Assembly: GCA_964016885.1 (NCBI GenBank) | Contig: OZ024747.1 | Span: 40,176,001-40,240,000, forward strand | Source: Eledone cirrhosa | Lineage: Eukaryota | Length of the DNA: 64,000 nucleotides | Reading direction: 5' to 3' | In this document: positions 14,888 to 29,130 of the stretch, one piece after another | How positions within the stretch are numbered: the stretch's first letter is position 1 | Layout of the letters: the number at the start of each line of letters is the position of its first letter | Made by a program: the position numbers and the translations under genes | Notes under the pieces: model-generated | Told to the model about the DNA's origin: nothing | Databases searched by the model: none | Seen by the model: only the letters and a program-made list of their open reading frames with translations

Positions 14888-16991
14888 TGTTTCTTTATTA
14901 GCCACAGGGGCCCAAAAGAAGGGGACAAATACAAAGGGGGAGTTTACATACAATAAAAACGTGTAAAATGTTATCACAAATGCAATTTAAAAATTAATCG
15001 ATTTTCCCCAATAGGGGAGACAGTTTATATGGGTAACACATACCCCCGAAAAAATGTGCAACCCTCATCTCCAGGAGTACGAAGAGTTTGTACTCCTTTC
15101 CTCTCCTCCTCCTTTTCCTCAACCTACAGGCTGATATAGAGAGAAGGCCTATTCACTCGGGCCATTCTCGCCACTTTCACCCACCTTTCATAAAACTTGC
15201 TGGGGTACATCACCTCTCGCTCCATCCTGATTCTTCTTCCAAAGTGGTATTTGAAAAAAAGAATCAGTTGTTGGCCGGAGAGAAAGGTGTCTGACCTCAG
15301 CCCTTTCAACCTTGTCCACCATACAACCTCTTTCGCCATAGCTATCACACAAAGGAAAACCGCCTCTCCTTCGTTTTTGAAGGAGGGTGGCGGTTTGTTC
15401 ATGACAATGGACTCGGTGGTCAACCGGAGTGGTCCCACCCGCGACAATAGTCGTTCTACATAGCCCCACAGGTCAGTGACCTCCGGGCAGTGTATGAATG
15501 CGTGCGCGACGGTTTCTTCGTCTCGCACGCACCTCGGACAGATCTTTTTTGCAGGGTCCCTGCCCGAGCGCCCTTGTCTGTAGAGCTTGTCTCGAACTGG
15601 TAGAGCTCCTCGGTAGCACTGCCAGGCCAGGGACTTTTGGAAGTTGTCCATCGGTCCTGGGCGGAAGGTCCTACCGAACAGACTGGCCAGTTCATCTTCC
15701 TCTATGCCTAGAGTTTCACCGAGCGCGTCGTCGCACTTGCTGCGGATCAACCCTCTATAAAATGATGAAGTGGAGTATCCACTGATCGCCGGGTCCGCCT
15801 GCCAGAGGGCTGTGAGCGCCTGAGCACATTCGATGTGCCAGTCGCCCATTTTCCTCGGTCTTTGCTTGACCCAGGACTGCAGCTCGGTCAGCGAGACGAG
15901 TCGTAGGAAGGCTCGCCTCACGAACGGGGTCCACACCGGTTGTCCGGTGAGGAATACGTAGAGATGCCGCAGCCTGAGCGCGTGTTTGCGCATCGTCAAC
16001 CACGGCATCCCCAGCCCTCCGTTAGAAGGGTGTTGGCAGCAGATGGATCTTCTCACCAAAGGAGCCCGCCTCTTCCAAAGGAATTGGAAGAGTGCGCGCT
16101 CCATTTTGGTGAGCGTTTTGGCTGGACAAGGCACGACGGTCAAGCGGTAGTAGATGGCAAACGCTATAAAAGTGTTCGCCACCTCCGCTCGACCTTTCAA
16201 GGATAGTTTGCACTCGGCCCACTTCTGGGTGAGATCAAACACCTTGGCCGTCACTTCGTTCCAGTTCTTCTCCACCTGGAGGTCCGGACCAAACCAGACC
16301 CCGAGCAGCTTTACCGGTCCTTCCGTCCAGCGTCCGACGACGCCATCGGAAGGCATCGGTTTGCCTCTCCACGTTCCGAGTTGCAAACCGATGGACTTGT
16401 CCCGGTTCAGGTTCGCTCCTGTGAAACCTTCGTATTCCTTCAGTAATTTGCCGACTTCCTCGATTTGCGAGGCGCTCGACACCATTACTGTCACGTCGTC
16501 GGCGTAGGGCGACGCCGCTTTCCGCAGTCTCGGTTCCAGAGGGATGCCCTGCAATAGCTCCAACTTCCGCAGTAGTGGCTCGAGAGTCAGTACGTACAGA
16601 AGGGAGGAGAGAGGGCATCCCTGTCGAATGGATCGCGTAATATGGAACGACTCCGAGGGGTAGCCGTTCACCTTGACCCTTGAGCAGATGTTGCTGTTGT
16701 GCATTACAGCAATCCAGCCCCTGAACACGGGTCCGCAGCCTGCCGCCTAGAGCACGGCATCCAGGTAACGATGTTCAACCCTATCGAAAGCCTTAGACTG
16801 ATCGAAATTGATCAGGGCCCCACGGAAGCCGGGTTTACACCCTACCCTCTCTATGATGTATCGCATGAGGTGGAGGTTGTCGTACATGGACCTGGTCAGG
16901 ATTGCGCATGTTGCGCTTCTCCCACCAGGTTCCTGACGACAAGCGCCAGCCTCTTTGCCAACACCTTGGCCAAAATCTGTAACTCTGTGTT

Positions 16992-16994
<3 letters not shown>
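14886..16994 (-). mobile_element. 5'-truncated Tx1/L1-clade LINE (RT plus C-terminal zinc knuckle)
   Basis: Motifs LNTELQILAKVLAKRL, DQSKAFDRVEH, SIRQGCPLS, YADD and CPRC-x7-H-x4-C. ORF 15124-16728 is open, with a stop and a frameshift upstream. The 3' UTR ends in AATAAA (14894-14899, -). Flanked on both sides by (GA)n/(GATA)n. Confidence 0.93.
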
Positions 16995-17043
<49 letters not shown>

Positions 17044-17045
17044 GC

Positions 17046-17091
<46 letters not shown>

Positions 17092-17403
17092 TAGATAGAT
17101 AGAGAGAGAGAGAGAGAGGGAGAGAGAGAGGGAGAGACAGACAGAGAGAGAGAACAGAAGAAATAATTGTTTCTACTTTTGGCACAAGGCCAGCAATTAC
17201 TGGTAGAAATTATTATGTATGTGTGTAAGTGTGTGTATGTATGTGCATGTGTGTGTTTGTATGTGCGTGAAAGTAAACGTTTGTATATGTGTGTGAAAGG
17301 GTGTGATTGTACGTGATTGTGTGTGTGTGCGTCAAATGAAAAATGAAGCAGACAAAGTATAATTGAGAAATCGCGTTCTATATGTATATCGTGTGTGTGT
17401 GAG

Positions 17404-17510
<107 letters not shown>

Positions 17511-17668
17511 CTGTCTATGTGTATGTACATAATAAGAGAGTGGTGTAGAAAAAAAGAGACAAAATGAGTATTTAAATATGTGTAGAGTGTGTAGAGGGAA
17601 GCGGGGCTGAGGATTTGTGTTTGTGTCCAGATATGTTTGAGATGAAGCGTGAAAAGGTAAGAGACAAG

Positions 17669-17700
<32 letters not shown>

Positions 17701-17865
17701 CAAAAAGTATGACCCCGACGGCAGAGCTCAAGCCGTTTCGACGGCTATTTCTGGACTCAGAAATAGCCGTCATACTTTTTCCTATTTCCCACTCTACTAC
17801 CCTAAGTATTGAGTATTCTGGTGCGTTATGGTCCATCTGGTTCCTTATCACAATTCCTTTGTTAT
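17701..17865. mobile_element. (TA)n-embedded fold-back element, family D (other copies near 2903-3018, 10865-10905, 18015-18142, 18950-19151, 25630-25771)
   Basis: Shared segments aaggaacca.atggaccataacgcacca and gaccccgacggctgagctcaagccgtttcgacggc. The main copies are bounded by (TA)n and contain an internal inversion. Confidence 0.8.
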
Positions 17866-17883
17866 ATATATATGTATTTATGA

Positions 17884-17921
<38 letters not shown>

Positions 17922-17940
17922 GTCTGTATATATATATACA

Positions 17941-17994
<54 letters not shown>

Positions 17995-18175
17995 CATACA
18001 CATATATATATATATCAATACTTAGGGTAGTAGAGTGGGTAATAGGAACGAGTAGGACCCCGACGGCTGAGCTCAAGCCGTTTCGACGGCTAATTCTGAG
18101 TCCAGAATTAGCCGTAGAAACGGCTTGAGCTCAGCTGTCGGGTATATACATATATATATACATATATACATACAT

Positions 18176-18286
<111 letters not shown>

Positions 18287-18517
18287 TATACATATATATA
18301 TATATATTGTTATACTTGGGGAGGGTCATATTTGTGTAATAATATTGCCAGAATTAATAACAGAACACAAGAACACACTCACTGTTTGGTTGCTTTTGGC
18401 TTCTGTGTCTTTTATATCGGTTAATTTAATTTATTCGGCTCTCAATGTTACCATTGACTGACCAACGGTCAAAATTAGAGATACAATATAGACACAAACA
18501 CATATATATAGACACAA

Positions 18518-18629
<112 letters not shown>

Positions 18630-18659
18630 AGATCAAAAGATGGTTAAAGGAGTTCCATG

Positions 18660-18730
18660 TATTTTATTATGCGCATTTCAAAAACAAACATCATCATGCA
18701 ATAATATTTGTGTTTTCATCAGATAAAACA
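18660..18730 (-). ncRNA. Type I hammerhead ribozyme, family C
   Basis: Minus strand reads TGTTTTAT-CTGATGA-[16-bp helix II with three U-G pairs and one mismatch]-GAAA-TGCGCA-TA-ATAAAATA. Helix III ATGCGCAT is palindromic. It lies within the inverted repeat 18622-18848. Confidence 0.85.
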
Positions 18731-19148
18731 GGAGAACATGATATGAAGGCTAAAAAACACTTGTGGATAGTGCAGTTTTAAATCAACATTGAAATGCGCA
18801 TAATAAAATACATGGAACTCCTTTAACCATCTTTTGATCTTATATTATGTATACTCCAGTCCTACAAACTGTAGAGTGCTTCTTATCCGATATCTGCATT
18901 GCTTTATTGTACTACAATAAAACTCACCTCCTACATATATATATATATATATAACGAAGGAAATGTGGTAAGGAACCAGATAGACCATAACGCACCAATG
19001 TACTCAATTCAATACTTAGGGTAGTAGAGTAGGTAATAGGAACGAGTAGGACCCCGACGGCTGAGCTCAAGCCGTTTCGACGGCTAATTCTGAGTCCAGA
19101 ATTAGCCGTAGAAACGGCTTCAGCTCAGCTGTCGGAGTCCTACTCGTT

Positions 19149-19193
<45 letters not shown>

Positions 19194-19420
19194 TAGCAAG
19201 AATCGTATTTCGGCTTTGGAATTAGCGAAAAACAACTTCCGAGATGTGTGGCAAGCGCTCAATAATTCTGCCGAACCAGAGCTACAACATACGTTAAAGG
19301 CCAAACACACTGAGACGATGGTTAAACCGTCATCCGCACAACCATTGAACAGACCAAGTAATTCGGGTCAAACAAATAAAAAAATATGTGATTGAAAAAA
19401 TATGTGATTGAAAAAAATAT

Positions 19421-19478
<58 letters not shown>

Positions 19479-19750
19479 AGAAAATATCAAAGTTACAGCT
19501 AGATTTCTGTAGACGCTATTTGTATTTAGCTTTTAGTTTGTTTAATTATGTCGCCTTGTTTTTGATGTGGAAATAAGGTCTTCTGCTAACAACTAGTCAA
19601 ACGTTTTTATAAGCAATTGAGAAATGTTTTACGGATAGTAAATTATAGGCCAATACATTTATAGGGTGGGATTAGTACCAATTCTCTTTTGCTATGACTG
19701 ACTGACATTCTTATACTGTGTATATATATATGTATGTATATATGTATATA

Positions 19751-19803
<53 letters not shown>

Positions 19804-20026
19804 GAAATATATATATATAAATATATATAAATATATATATATATGTATGTATGTATATATATATATATATGTGTGTGTGTATGTATATATATACTATATA
19901 TATATATACATACTATATGTATATATATATATAATATATATTCTATATGTATATATATATAACTATAAACATATGTGTATAAAAGTATATATTTATATAT
20001 ATATATAAGTATATATATATATATAT

Positions 20027-20132
<106 letters not shown>

Positions 20133-20758
20133 AATGAAAATAGAGAAATTAATGTGAGCAAGAAGCCAACAGTATTTCGTAATATATCAAGTCGTTTTTT
20201 CAAATGTCCTTTTAATCTTCCATTCGAGTTTCACATAAGTTGACTTTGGTTCAATAGAAGTCAACTTGTGTGAGGGAGGGGGTCAGACAGCCAGACAGAC
20301 AGATAGACAGAAAAGTAGAGAAAGACAAAAAGAAAGAAAGAATGAGAAAAGAAAGAAACAAACAAACAAAGAATGAGAAAGAAGTGTTTAAACGAGCAGG
20401 CTTCGAAGCAATTTCTACATATTTCGATACTGCGTAATCTTTTGTTAAGCAATTGCTAATATAGCACAATTCAGTCAGTTGGCAGACGATATCTTAAGAA
20501 AGTTATATAATAGAAGTGCAAAAATTAATATATACTAAAAATGGCTACCTAATATATATTCGTGAGTAAATCTTTCGTTCGGGCTGTCAATGTACGTGTG
20601 TGTGTATGTATGTATGTATGTATGTATGTATGTATGTATGTATGTATGTATGTATGTATGTATGTGTCTATGGATGTGTGTGTATGTATGTATATATGTA
20701 TGTATGTATTTATGTATGTATGTGCGTGTATGTATGCATGCATGTATGTATATATGTA

Positions 20759-20848
<90 letters not shown>

Positions 20849-21339
20849 AAAGCTTTATTATCTTTGTTCACATTTATGACTAAGTAGATGTGTGTGTGTA
20901 TGTGTGTGTATGTGTGTGTGTGTGTGTACAGATATATGTCTGCTATATATGAACAAAAGAATAAGTCAACTTTGGTCAAATTATGTTATCAGGGAAATTT
21001 GGGATGGAGAGCATTGTAGCATAATGTTACAAATTGTTAGTATGCACATACATACACTAAAGGAGCTGAAACACCGACAGAGTTATTTCCCCGCCTAATG
21101 AGACATCGGCTCCTGCATTTGGAACCAAACTATAGCTGCACCACAGCACACATATGTGTATATCAAACATATGTATGTATGTACGTGTGTGTGTTGAAGT
21201 TCGATATCTAGAAGCGTTTCTTTGGGCATCTAAAAGGTAATATACATATGTAATACCCTATAACACTTTCAATAATGCTACTGGTGTTAGATAATCGCCG
21301 AATACTGTTTTGCACTAACGCACACGCACACATATACAT

Positions 21340-21954
21340 ACACATATATGTACGCATGTACAATTGTAGTGCACACGCACAGACATACACACACACACAT
21401 ACATACATAGATCACACATATATGTACGCATGTACAATTGGAGTGCACACGCGCACACATACACACACATACACACACATACATACATCACACATATATG
21501 TACGCATGTACAATTGGAGTGCACATGCACAGACATACACACACATACACACACATACATACATCACACATATATGTACGCATGTACAATTGGAGTGCAC
21601 ATGCACAGACATACACACACATACACACACATACATACATCACACATATATGTACGCATGTACAATTGGAGTGCACACGCGCGCACATACACACACATAC
21701 ATACATACATCACACACATATGTACGCATGTACAATTGGAGTGCACACGCACACACATACACACACATACATACATACATCACACATATATGTACGCATG
21801 TACAATTGGAGTGCACACGCACAGACATACACACACACACATACATACATACATCACACATATATGTACGCATGTACAATTGGAGTGCACACGCACACAC
21901 ATACACACACATACATACATCACACATATATGCACGCATGTACAATTGGAGTGC

Positions 21955-22011
<57 letters not shown>

Positions 22012-22030
22012 TACATCACACATATATGCA
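21340..22030. repeat. Minisatellite, about 66-76 bp unit, about 9 copies
   Basis: Invariant core tatgtacgcatgtacaattggagtgcaca separated by variable-length CA/CATA tracts. Confidence 0.92.
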
Positions 22031-23026
22031 TACATATGTATGCACATTGTTCACTGAATTCAATACAGAGTGATGTATGTACTCTCATGTTTACAATCCA
22101 ATATCTGTAGTTGATAATGTGATATTAACATTTGTGCCCCGACCTGCAAACCGACTAGATAGAATATCGTACGACAAACTCTTATATCTTAAAATCATAT
22201 CTTTTGCAAATATTTGAGCCTCCTCGTTGAACATTTAATTCTGCATGCCTCAGTTCTCTAGAAAATACATTATATCTACTGAGATATTACATGCGGTAGA
22301 CCGTTAAAAACCAAGTGTTTTTGTTGATAGCGTTACTTAGCTCCCCGTCCACCCAATGCTATAAGGGGTGCGTAATACTACATTCTCTGCTCTGTTTAAG
22401 AAATCGGCTTAATTTTGGATAGATCACGCTGCTATATCTAGCAGGTTATGGGGGTTACACAGAAGATTTGTATAAAGAACAAATGTTTGTATAATAATTG
22501 CATGTAGATAGGTCTCCCTTACTGTCGTTACCATATATATAAAACTCTATTTGAGCAGGATATTTATTGTCATGCTATATTTAGCGAATTTTATTTGGCT
22601 GATATATATTAGTATATTCTAAACATTTTCCAAATTTTCTTTTTTATATGTTATACATAAACATATTATGTCAACTATATTTTACAAACAGAAGTTATAC
22701 AATGATGGAAATATTAAGGAACGATGTAAACAAAATTATGTAATGGAAACACAAGGTAAAAAGGGCAGATCTGGCTGTATAGGAAAGTAGAGGAAAGGGG
22801 GCAGATCTGGTTGTATAGGAAAGTAGAGGAAAGCACAATAAATGCCATAAATGTATATTTATATTTATAATTTATACATTACAGATTTCATGTGCTTACA
22901 CTTACCAGAGAGTTTGTATTGGTCATTGATTAAATCATCCCTCTTGTTGTTGTGTAAAATCACTATTCTATTTAATCAGTGATTTTGGCATAAGTGACGA
23001 TTCAATCTCAGGATCACAAACTAATG

Positions 23027-23947
23027 ACAATATGTTTAGTTACACTGTAGCCCAAGTTAGACCACGGCAGTGATATAACAATATGTTTAGTTACAGAGTA
23101 GCCCGAGTTAGACCACGGCAGTGATATAACAATATGTTTAGTTACAGAGTAGCCCGAGTTAGACCACGGCAGTGATATAACAATATGTTTAGTTACAGAG
23201 TAGACCGAGTTAGACCACGGCAGTGATATAACAATATGTTTAGTTACAGAGTAGACCGAGTTAGACCACGGCAGTGATATAACAATATGTTTAGTTACAG
23301 AGTAGACCGAGTTAGACCACGGCAGTGATATAACAATATGTTTAGTTACAGAGTAGCCCGAGTTAGACCACAGCAGTGATATATATATAACATTACATTC
23401 AGTTACAGAGTAGCCCGAGTTAGACCACGGAAGTGATATAACAATATTTTTAGTTACAGAGTAGCCCGAGTTAGACCACGGTAGTGGTATAACAATATTT
23501 TTAGTTACAGAGTAGCCCGAGTTAGACCACGGAAGTGATATAACAATATTTTTAGTTACAGAGTAGCCCGAGTTAGACCACGGCAGTGATATAACAATAT
23601 GTTTAGTTACAGAGTACCCCTAGTTAGACCACGGCAGTAATATAACAATATGTTTAGTTACAGAGTACCCCTAGTTAGACCACGGCAGTGATATAACAAT
23701 ATTTTTAGTTACAGAGTACCCCTAGTTAGACCACGGCAGTGATATAACAATATGTTTAGTTACAGAGTAGCCCAGGTTAGACCACGGCAGTGATATAACA
23801 ATATGTTTAGTTACAGAGTACCCCTAGTTAGACCACGACAGTGATATAACACTATTTTTAGTTACACTTTAGACCGAGTTAGACCACGGCAGTGATATAA
23901 CATTACATTCAGTTACACAGTAGCCTGAGTTAGACCATAGCAGTGAT
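23027..23947. repeat. 51-bp minisatellite, about 18 copies
   Basis: Unit acaatatgtttagttacagagtagcccgagttagaccacggcagtgatata, starting at 23027, 23078 and onwards. Confidence 0.96.
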
Positions 23948-24904
23948 TTTCATGACCGTATCTTCACAATAGTATCTTGCACTAGGCCGGACTAACTATG
24001 AAACGCGTGGTATCGAAACGATACAACCATGGCTGTGCCTCTACGTATACTCATATATATGTGATACAATTCAGAGCTGGTTAATGTGATACAAATTGAT
24101 ATCTGTCGTCGATAATCTGTTATTTTGACCACTGACTAAAGTGTTTCGAGACCGTCCCCCATTGTATTCTCTCCAAATGTTTTTCTTCTTACCTTTTCGA
24201 TTTTCTTCTATTTTATTTAATATTCTTTTTCTACTCATTACTACTGTCTTCATATACTGTCTAACTAACGTGTTTCTTTCTGTTATTGTTAATGTTGTTG
24301 TTGTTACTTTTTGTTTTTACTCTCCTTTCCTCTTTCTCTCCCCCAACCCCATTTCTTTCTTCGACTCAATCTTTTTCTGGTTTCTTTACGAGCATCGCTC
24401 GTACTGTTTCTTCCACCATCTCTGTGTTCAACAATTATTCCATCCCAGTATATACCGAGCTGTGCAAGATCACACACTAAGACTTCCTTCTTTAGATTCC
24501 ACATGTCTTAACAAATGATTGGAAAGCATAGGTGAGAGCAGGTCATCAAAGGGTTCTATACATCTCTTTTCTAAAAACTATCAAGCGTACATTATACACA
24601 CATCATTGCGTTTTTCCGTAAGGCTCTTGAACTGATTGCACTTCTGTGTCTAGTGACTGTATCTGTATGTATGTAATTATAAATTCGTAATATATATATA
24701 TACATACATATGTGTGTGAATAGATATATAGATGTGTGTATGAGTATATATATTTATACATAGAGATAGAAATGCAGAAAGAGAAAGAAGAGGAGGAGAC
24801 AGAAAGAAAAGATGCGAGGAGGAGTGTGAATGTTTTATTGAGCATTTGAGCGTGTCAGTTTCTGTTAGTTTACGTGAAAGAAATAGCTGGAAAGCTAGAT
24901 ATCC

Positions 24905-24984
<80 letters not shown>

Positions 24985-25595
24985 GTGTGTGTGTGTGTGT
25001 ACGTGTGTGTGTGTACACAAACAGACAGACAAACAAATAGACAGGCAGATAGATAGATAAATAGATAGATAGATACATAGATAGATAGAGAGATAGATAG
25101 ATAGATAGATAGATCACAGGTAGATAGAATGATTGATTATGTTTAAAATAGCTAATGATGCATGAAGCTTAGATGATCGACAGTAAAAGCTCTTCAAGGG
25201 AAAATTCGGTCGTGATGGTGAATGTTAAACACAAAGACAATTTTTATCTAACCAGATGACAAAACCTCGCAACCACTATATACATTTATATTACCAACCG
25301 AACCGCCATTCATTAGGTCTCTTCTCATACCCTTTCGGTTATATTTAAATATTTTCCTGATAAATGCATTCATGTACTGCTGTTTCTTCTATTTTTCTTT
25401 AACATTTCTCCTTTATTTCCATGTTATTTTGCAACTTTTCTTTCAGTCGCCCGATTTATATATATATATTGATCCTTCTTTCACACACACATACGCATAC
25501 GAATATATATATATATATATATAATACATACATACATAATACATGTACTTATATATGTGTGTGTATATATATATATGTGTGTGTATATATATATT

Positions 25596-25636
<41 letters not shown>

Positions 25637-25793
25637 AAGGAATTGTGGTAAGGAACCACATGGACCATAACGCACCAGAGTACTCAATACTCAGGGTAGT
25701 AGAGTGGGAAATAGGAAAAAGTATGACCCCGACGGCTTGAGCACTGCCGTCGGGGTCATACTTTTTCCTATATATATACATATATACATATAT

Positions 25794-25862
<69 letters not shown>

Positions 25863-25921
25863 AAACTGGAACGGGAACGAAAACGGAGAGGCAGTACAAA
25901 CAAAGGTTTATTAGTTTCAGG

Positions 25922-25959
<38 letters not shown>

Positions 25960-26530
25960 TAGATTCCCACTAAAGCAATCTAAAGCAAGAAAACTTCAAT
26001 ACCACTTTACTGGGAAACTACTGGTCGAGAGCTTTGTGTAACTTATTCTATATGTATATATGCTTCTCTGAATTTAATATACTTTAGCGATCTTTTCATT
26101 GAGATGTTCTGTATATTGGTGACAAATAACCTTCTGTATGATATTAGCTACATCTTAAATGTTGTGTTAGTAGCAGGGTTATATTGTGAGCTATTTCTAG
26201 CATCATTTTGAACCCGTCATATTTTCCGTGATATACAAATATTAACTTTGTGAATCGATCTGTACATGCATGTAGTTTTGTGCGCCATGCTGGAGCGGTA
26301 AGGATTGATTCCTTACTCTAACAGGTTTATATTTTTGTTTTAGTTTCTTATACCTTCAAAGGGTCCCTCTGATGAAAGAATCTTCTTGCAGTATCGATTG
26401 TCTTAATTTATTAAGATGGTCAACGCTGTTTCTTTGTCCTGTAAACTGCAGTAAGGGAGACATATTGAAGTGTTTCTTGTTTTAGATTGTTTTACTGGGA
26501 ATCTGACGGTTGGTGACTTTCTATACGTTA

Positions 26531-26572
<42 letters not shown>

Positions 26573-27088
26573 GCGGCAAATTGACAGGTCCGTTAGAACG
26601 TCAGATAAAATGCTTTATTGTATCTGTTTACTTTTTTCTTCCATACAGTTATATGTGTATATGTGTCATGAAGAGAAACCACAACTTATCCATACTCATA
26701 TTATCCTTGGTATTTAGCCACCGTTCATCCCTGATCGAGTGTAGCTATGATTCCAAGACGTTCCAGGCGTGACCATTGCGCACCTTTCTAATAAAGAAGC
26801 CAAATATCATATCTTATCCATACTCTTGTTATTTTTGTTGTTTACACTTAGGTCAGCCTTAATCGAGGGCACCTACGATTTAAAATTTTCCAGTCATGAC
26901 CATTCCATATTTTTTGTATAAAACTCTAATATCTAATCTAACCTCACATTTTTATGTCTTCAGGGTGCGATTTGATGGAGATTTGACTGCTATTTCTATT
27001 ATATCCAGCGACCGAGTAGAGAACCCTTCGTTCTCTAAACTTATAAACACTCTCTGGTCTAAATTGTTGATCCTTTCTTGTCTTGTAG

Positions 27089-27318
27089 CTTTATTGGTTC
27101 ACTGTGGAATTTGGCCTGGTGAAGGAAAGCAATGGTATTAGAGCTTATGGAGCGGCAACCCTATCATCTTATGGTGAACTGGAACATGCCTTATCTGACA
27201 ATGCTGAGAAGAAACCTTTTGAAACGGAGACAACATCCCTTCAGGAGTATGACGACAGTGATTTGCAACCAATTTACTTTGTTGTAGATTCCTTCGAGGA
27301 TATGAAGCAACGAATGAG
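27089..27318 (+). CDS. Penultimate exon of an aromatic amino acid hydroxylase (divergent, tyrosine hydroxylase-like)
   Basis: tcttgtag|CTT acceptor and AG|gtaaca donor. Encodes LYWFTVEFGLVKESNGIRAYGAATLSSYGELEHALSD...QEYDDSDLQPIYFVVDSFEDMKQRM, collinear with the catalytic domain of biopterin-dependent hydroxylases and including the Fe-ligand Glu. Confidence 0.93.
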
Positions 27319-28081
27319 GTAACATCATATTATGTCTAGCATCAGTCTTTTGCTACAAATATAGATGCACGCTGACCGACACAAACATATGTTGCATGTA
27401 TTATTACTCAAACTTCAAGGCCGGTGAATTTGTAATATCGGTAGAACGTTGGACAAAATTCCCTGTGGCATTTCGTTATGACTTTCTACGTTCTCAGTTC
27501 AAATCCCACCGAGGTCAACTTAATCTTGCATTCTTCCAGGGTTGGATAAATTAAGGTACCAGTAAAATACTAGGGCTAGCTGTAATCGACTTTCTTCTCA
27601 TCCCAAATTGCAGGCATTGTGCCTAAACTAGAAACAATTATTATTAAAACCCGAAAGGGTTTTATAAAACTGAAAAATGCCCAGTGTTATTTCTAGTATT
27701 TGACGAAAAACGCAAATTAACTGATATTGTTGTTTTCCTCGCCGGGTGATTGTTTTGTTGAAATGTTAAATGATCCCCGTATTAATGTTGACTTTACTCG
27801 ATATAGATTACGTTGGTACGAACTGGAAACTTAAAACACTTAGTTTTAGGCGAAAATAATATAATTGTTTCTACTTTAGGCACAAGGCCAGCAATTACCC
27901 AGTGCATAAAGTGAGAAGAGCTATAAAATTAGACAGAGAGAGAAGTGAAAATTTTAGATATACAAACAAAAACGTGAGAGTATAAGAAACAGAATAAGAA
28001 TGAAAGAGAAAATATATTGTGGCCAAATGTTATTTTCAGTAATAATCAAAGTTAATAATTTTCTTTTTATTCTCTCAACAG

Positions 28082-28265
28082 GAAATATGTGTCAAAAATC
28101 AAACGTCCTTGCGAGTTTCATTACGACGCTTTCACAAATTCCTTGGTCGAGTTGAATAACAAACATGCATTGCAGTCTGTGATTAGAAGCATCAAATGGA
28201 ACGTTGAAAGCGTGCAGAAAGCTCTCAAATATCTAGATGTACGCAAAATCCAGGTGACCACATGA
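28082..28265 (+). CDS. Terminal exon of the same hydroxylase (tetramerisation helix and stop)
   Basis: Polypyrimidine tract and caacag| acceptor. The phase-2 junction restores R, then KYVSKIKRPCEFHYDAFTNSLVELNNKHALQSVIRSIKWNVESVQKALKYLDVRKIQVTT*, which aligns with the TH/PAH pattern I.RPF.V.YDPYT. Absent from the ORF track. Confidence 0.9.
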
Positions 28266-28507
28266 AATCACGGAACAAGCTTGTCTGATACAACAGTCCA
28301 CTGAACACATTAGTTGAAGAAAATCCAAATTAGAGTTAAAGATAATCATGGCAGATATTCTTGTAAATGTTATAAAATACGTGGAAACACCATGTTAGAA
28401 AGTGATTATTAGTTTTAGATTTAATTGATTAACAGTCATCGTAGTTTATTCATAGCTTGTTATTGAAATTTGTTTTTAATTTTACTACAAATAGTACACA
28501 ATTATTC

Positions 28508-28513
28508 AATAAA
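28508..28513 (+). promoter_or_regulatory. Candidate polyadenylation signal for the hydroxylase
   Basis: First AATAAA, about 245 nt after the stop. The AT-rich context makes chance occurrence possible. Confidence 0.4.
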
Positions 28514-29015
28514 AAAACTATCATTTACGGACTATATGAAAATAACACACGGGATATATAAAAACAATTATCAAGTTAACTCCAACAGGAAACTATAGGT
28601 AAAAGCATGTTTATTTTCCTTCACGTGCCGGAATGTAAAGATATATCAGAACAGTTGACTTAGAAAGAGAAAGGAGATATAAGGAAAGGTAAAATGATAA
28701 CAGTCAATACAGCACAGAAAAAGGGCTGGGCATCGGGAAAGTGGCATAATAATGGTTCTTTGTCTTCGACATATCGTTAAATAAGAAAGCTTATTAAAGG
28801 ATGTATGTGAGGGAGCTACTATTCGGAGAAGTTCATTAAGTTCATATTATATATATGTGTGTGTGTGTGTGTGTGTCTATGTGTGTATGTGTGTGTGTGT
28901 GTGTGTGTACATAGAATCATATAATCACATATATCCATATATACATATATGCATGTGTATATAAAATTTATACATTCACATACATATACACATACATATA
29001 CACAAACACACACAT

Positions 29016-29130
<115 letters not shown>

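Noticed and set aside
21340-22030. Constant ~29-bp core with variable intervals, superficially CRISPR-like
   Set aside because: The intervals are CA/CATA microsatellite of varying length rather than unique spacers. The context is eukaryotic and there are no cas genes.
23027-23947. 51-bp (17-codon) repeat as a coding repeat or CRISPR array
   Set aside because: One minus frame is open in the consensus, but variant units introduce TAG and a 4-bp insertion. There are no spacers.
26340-26400. Possible upstream hydroxylase exon (GPSDERI resembling GASDEEI); also EIGL near 22400
   Set aside because: Flanking residues do not match IGLASLG/EKL, and there is no suitable phase-0 donor.
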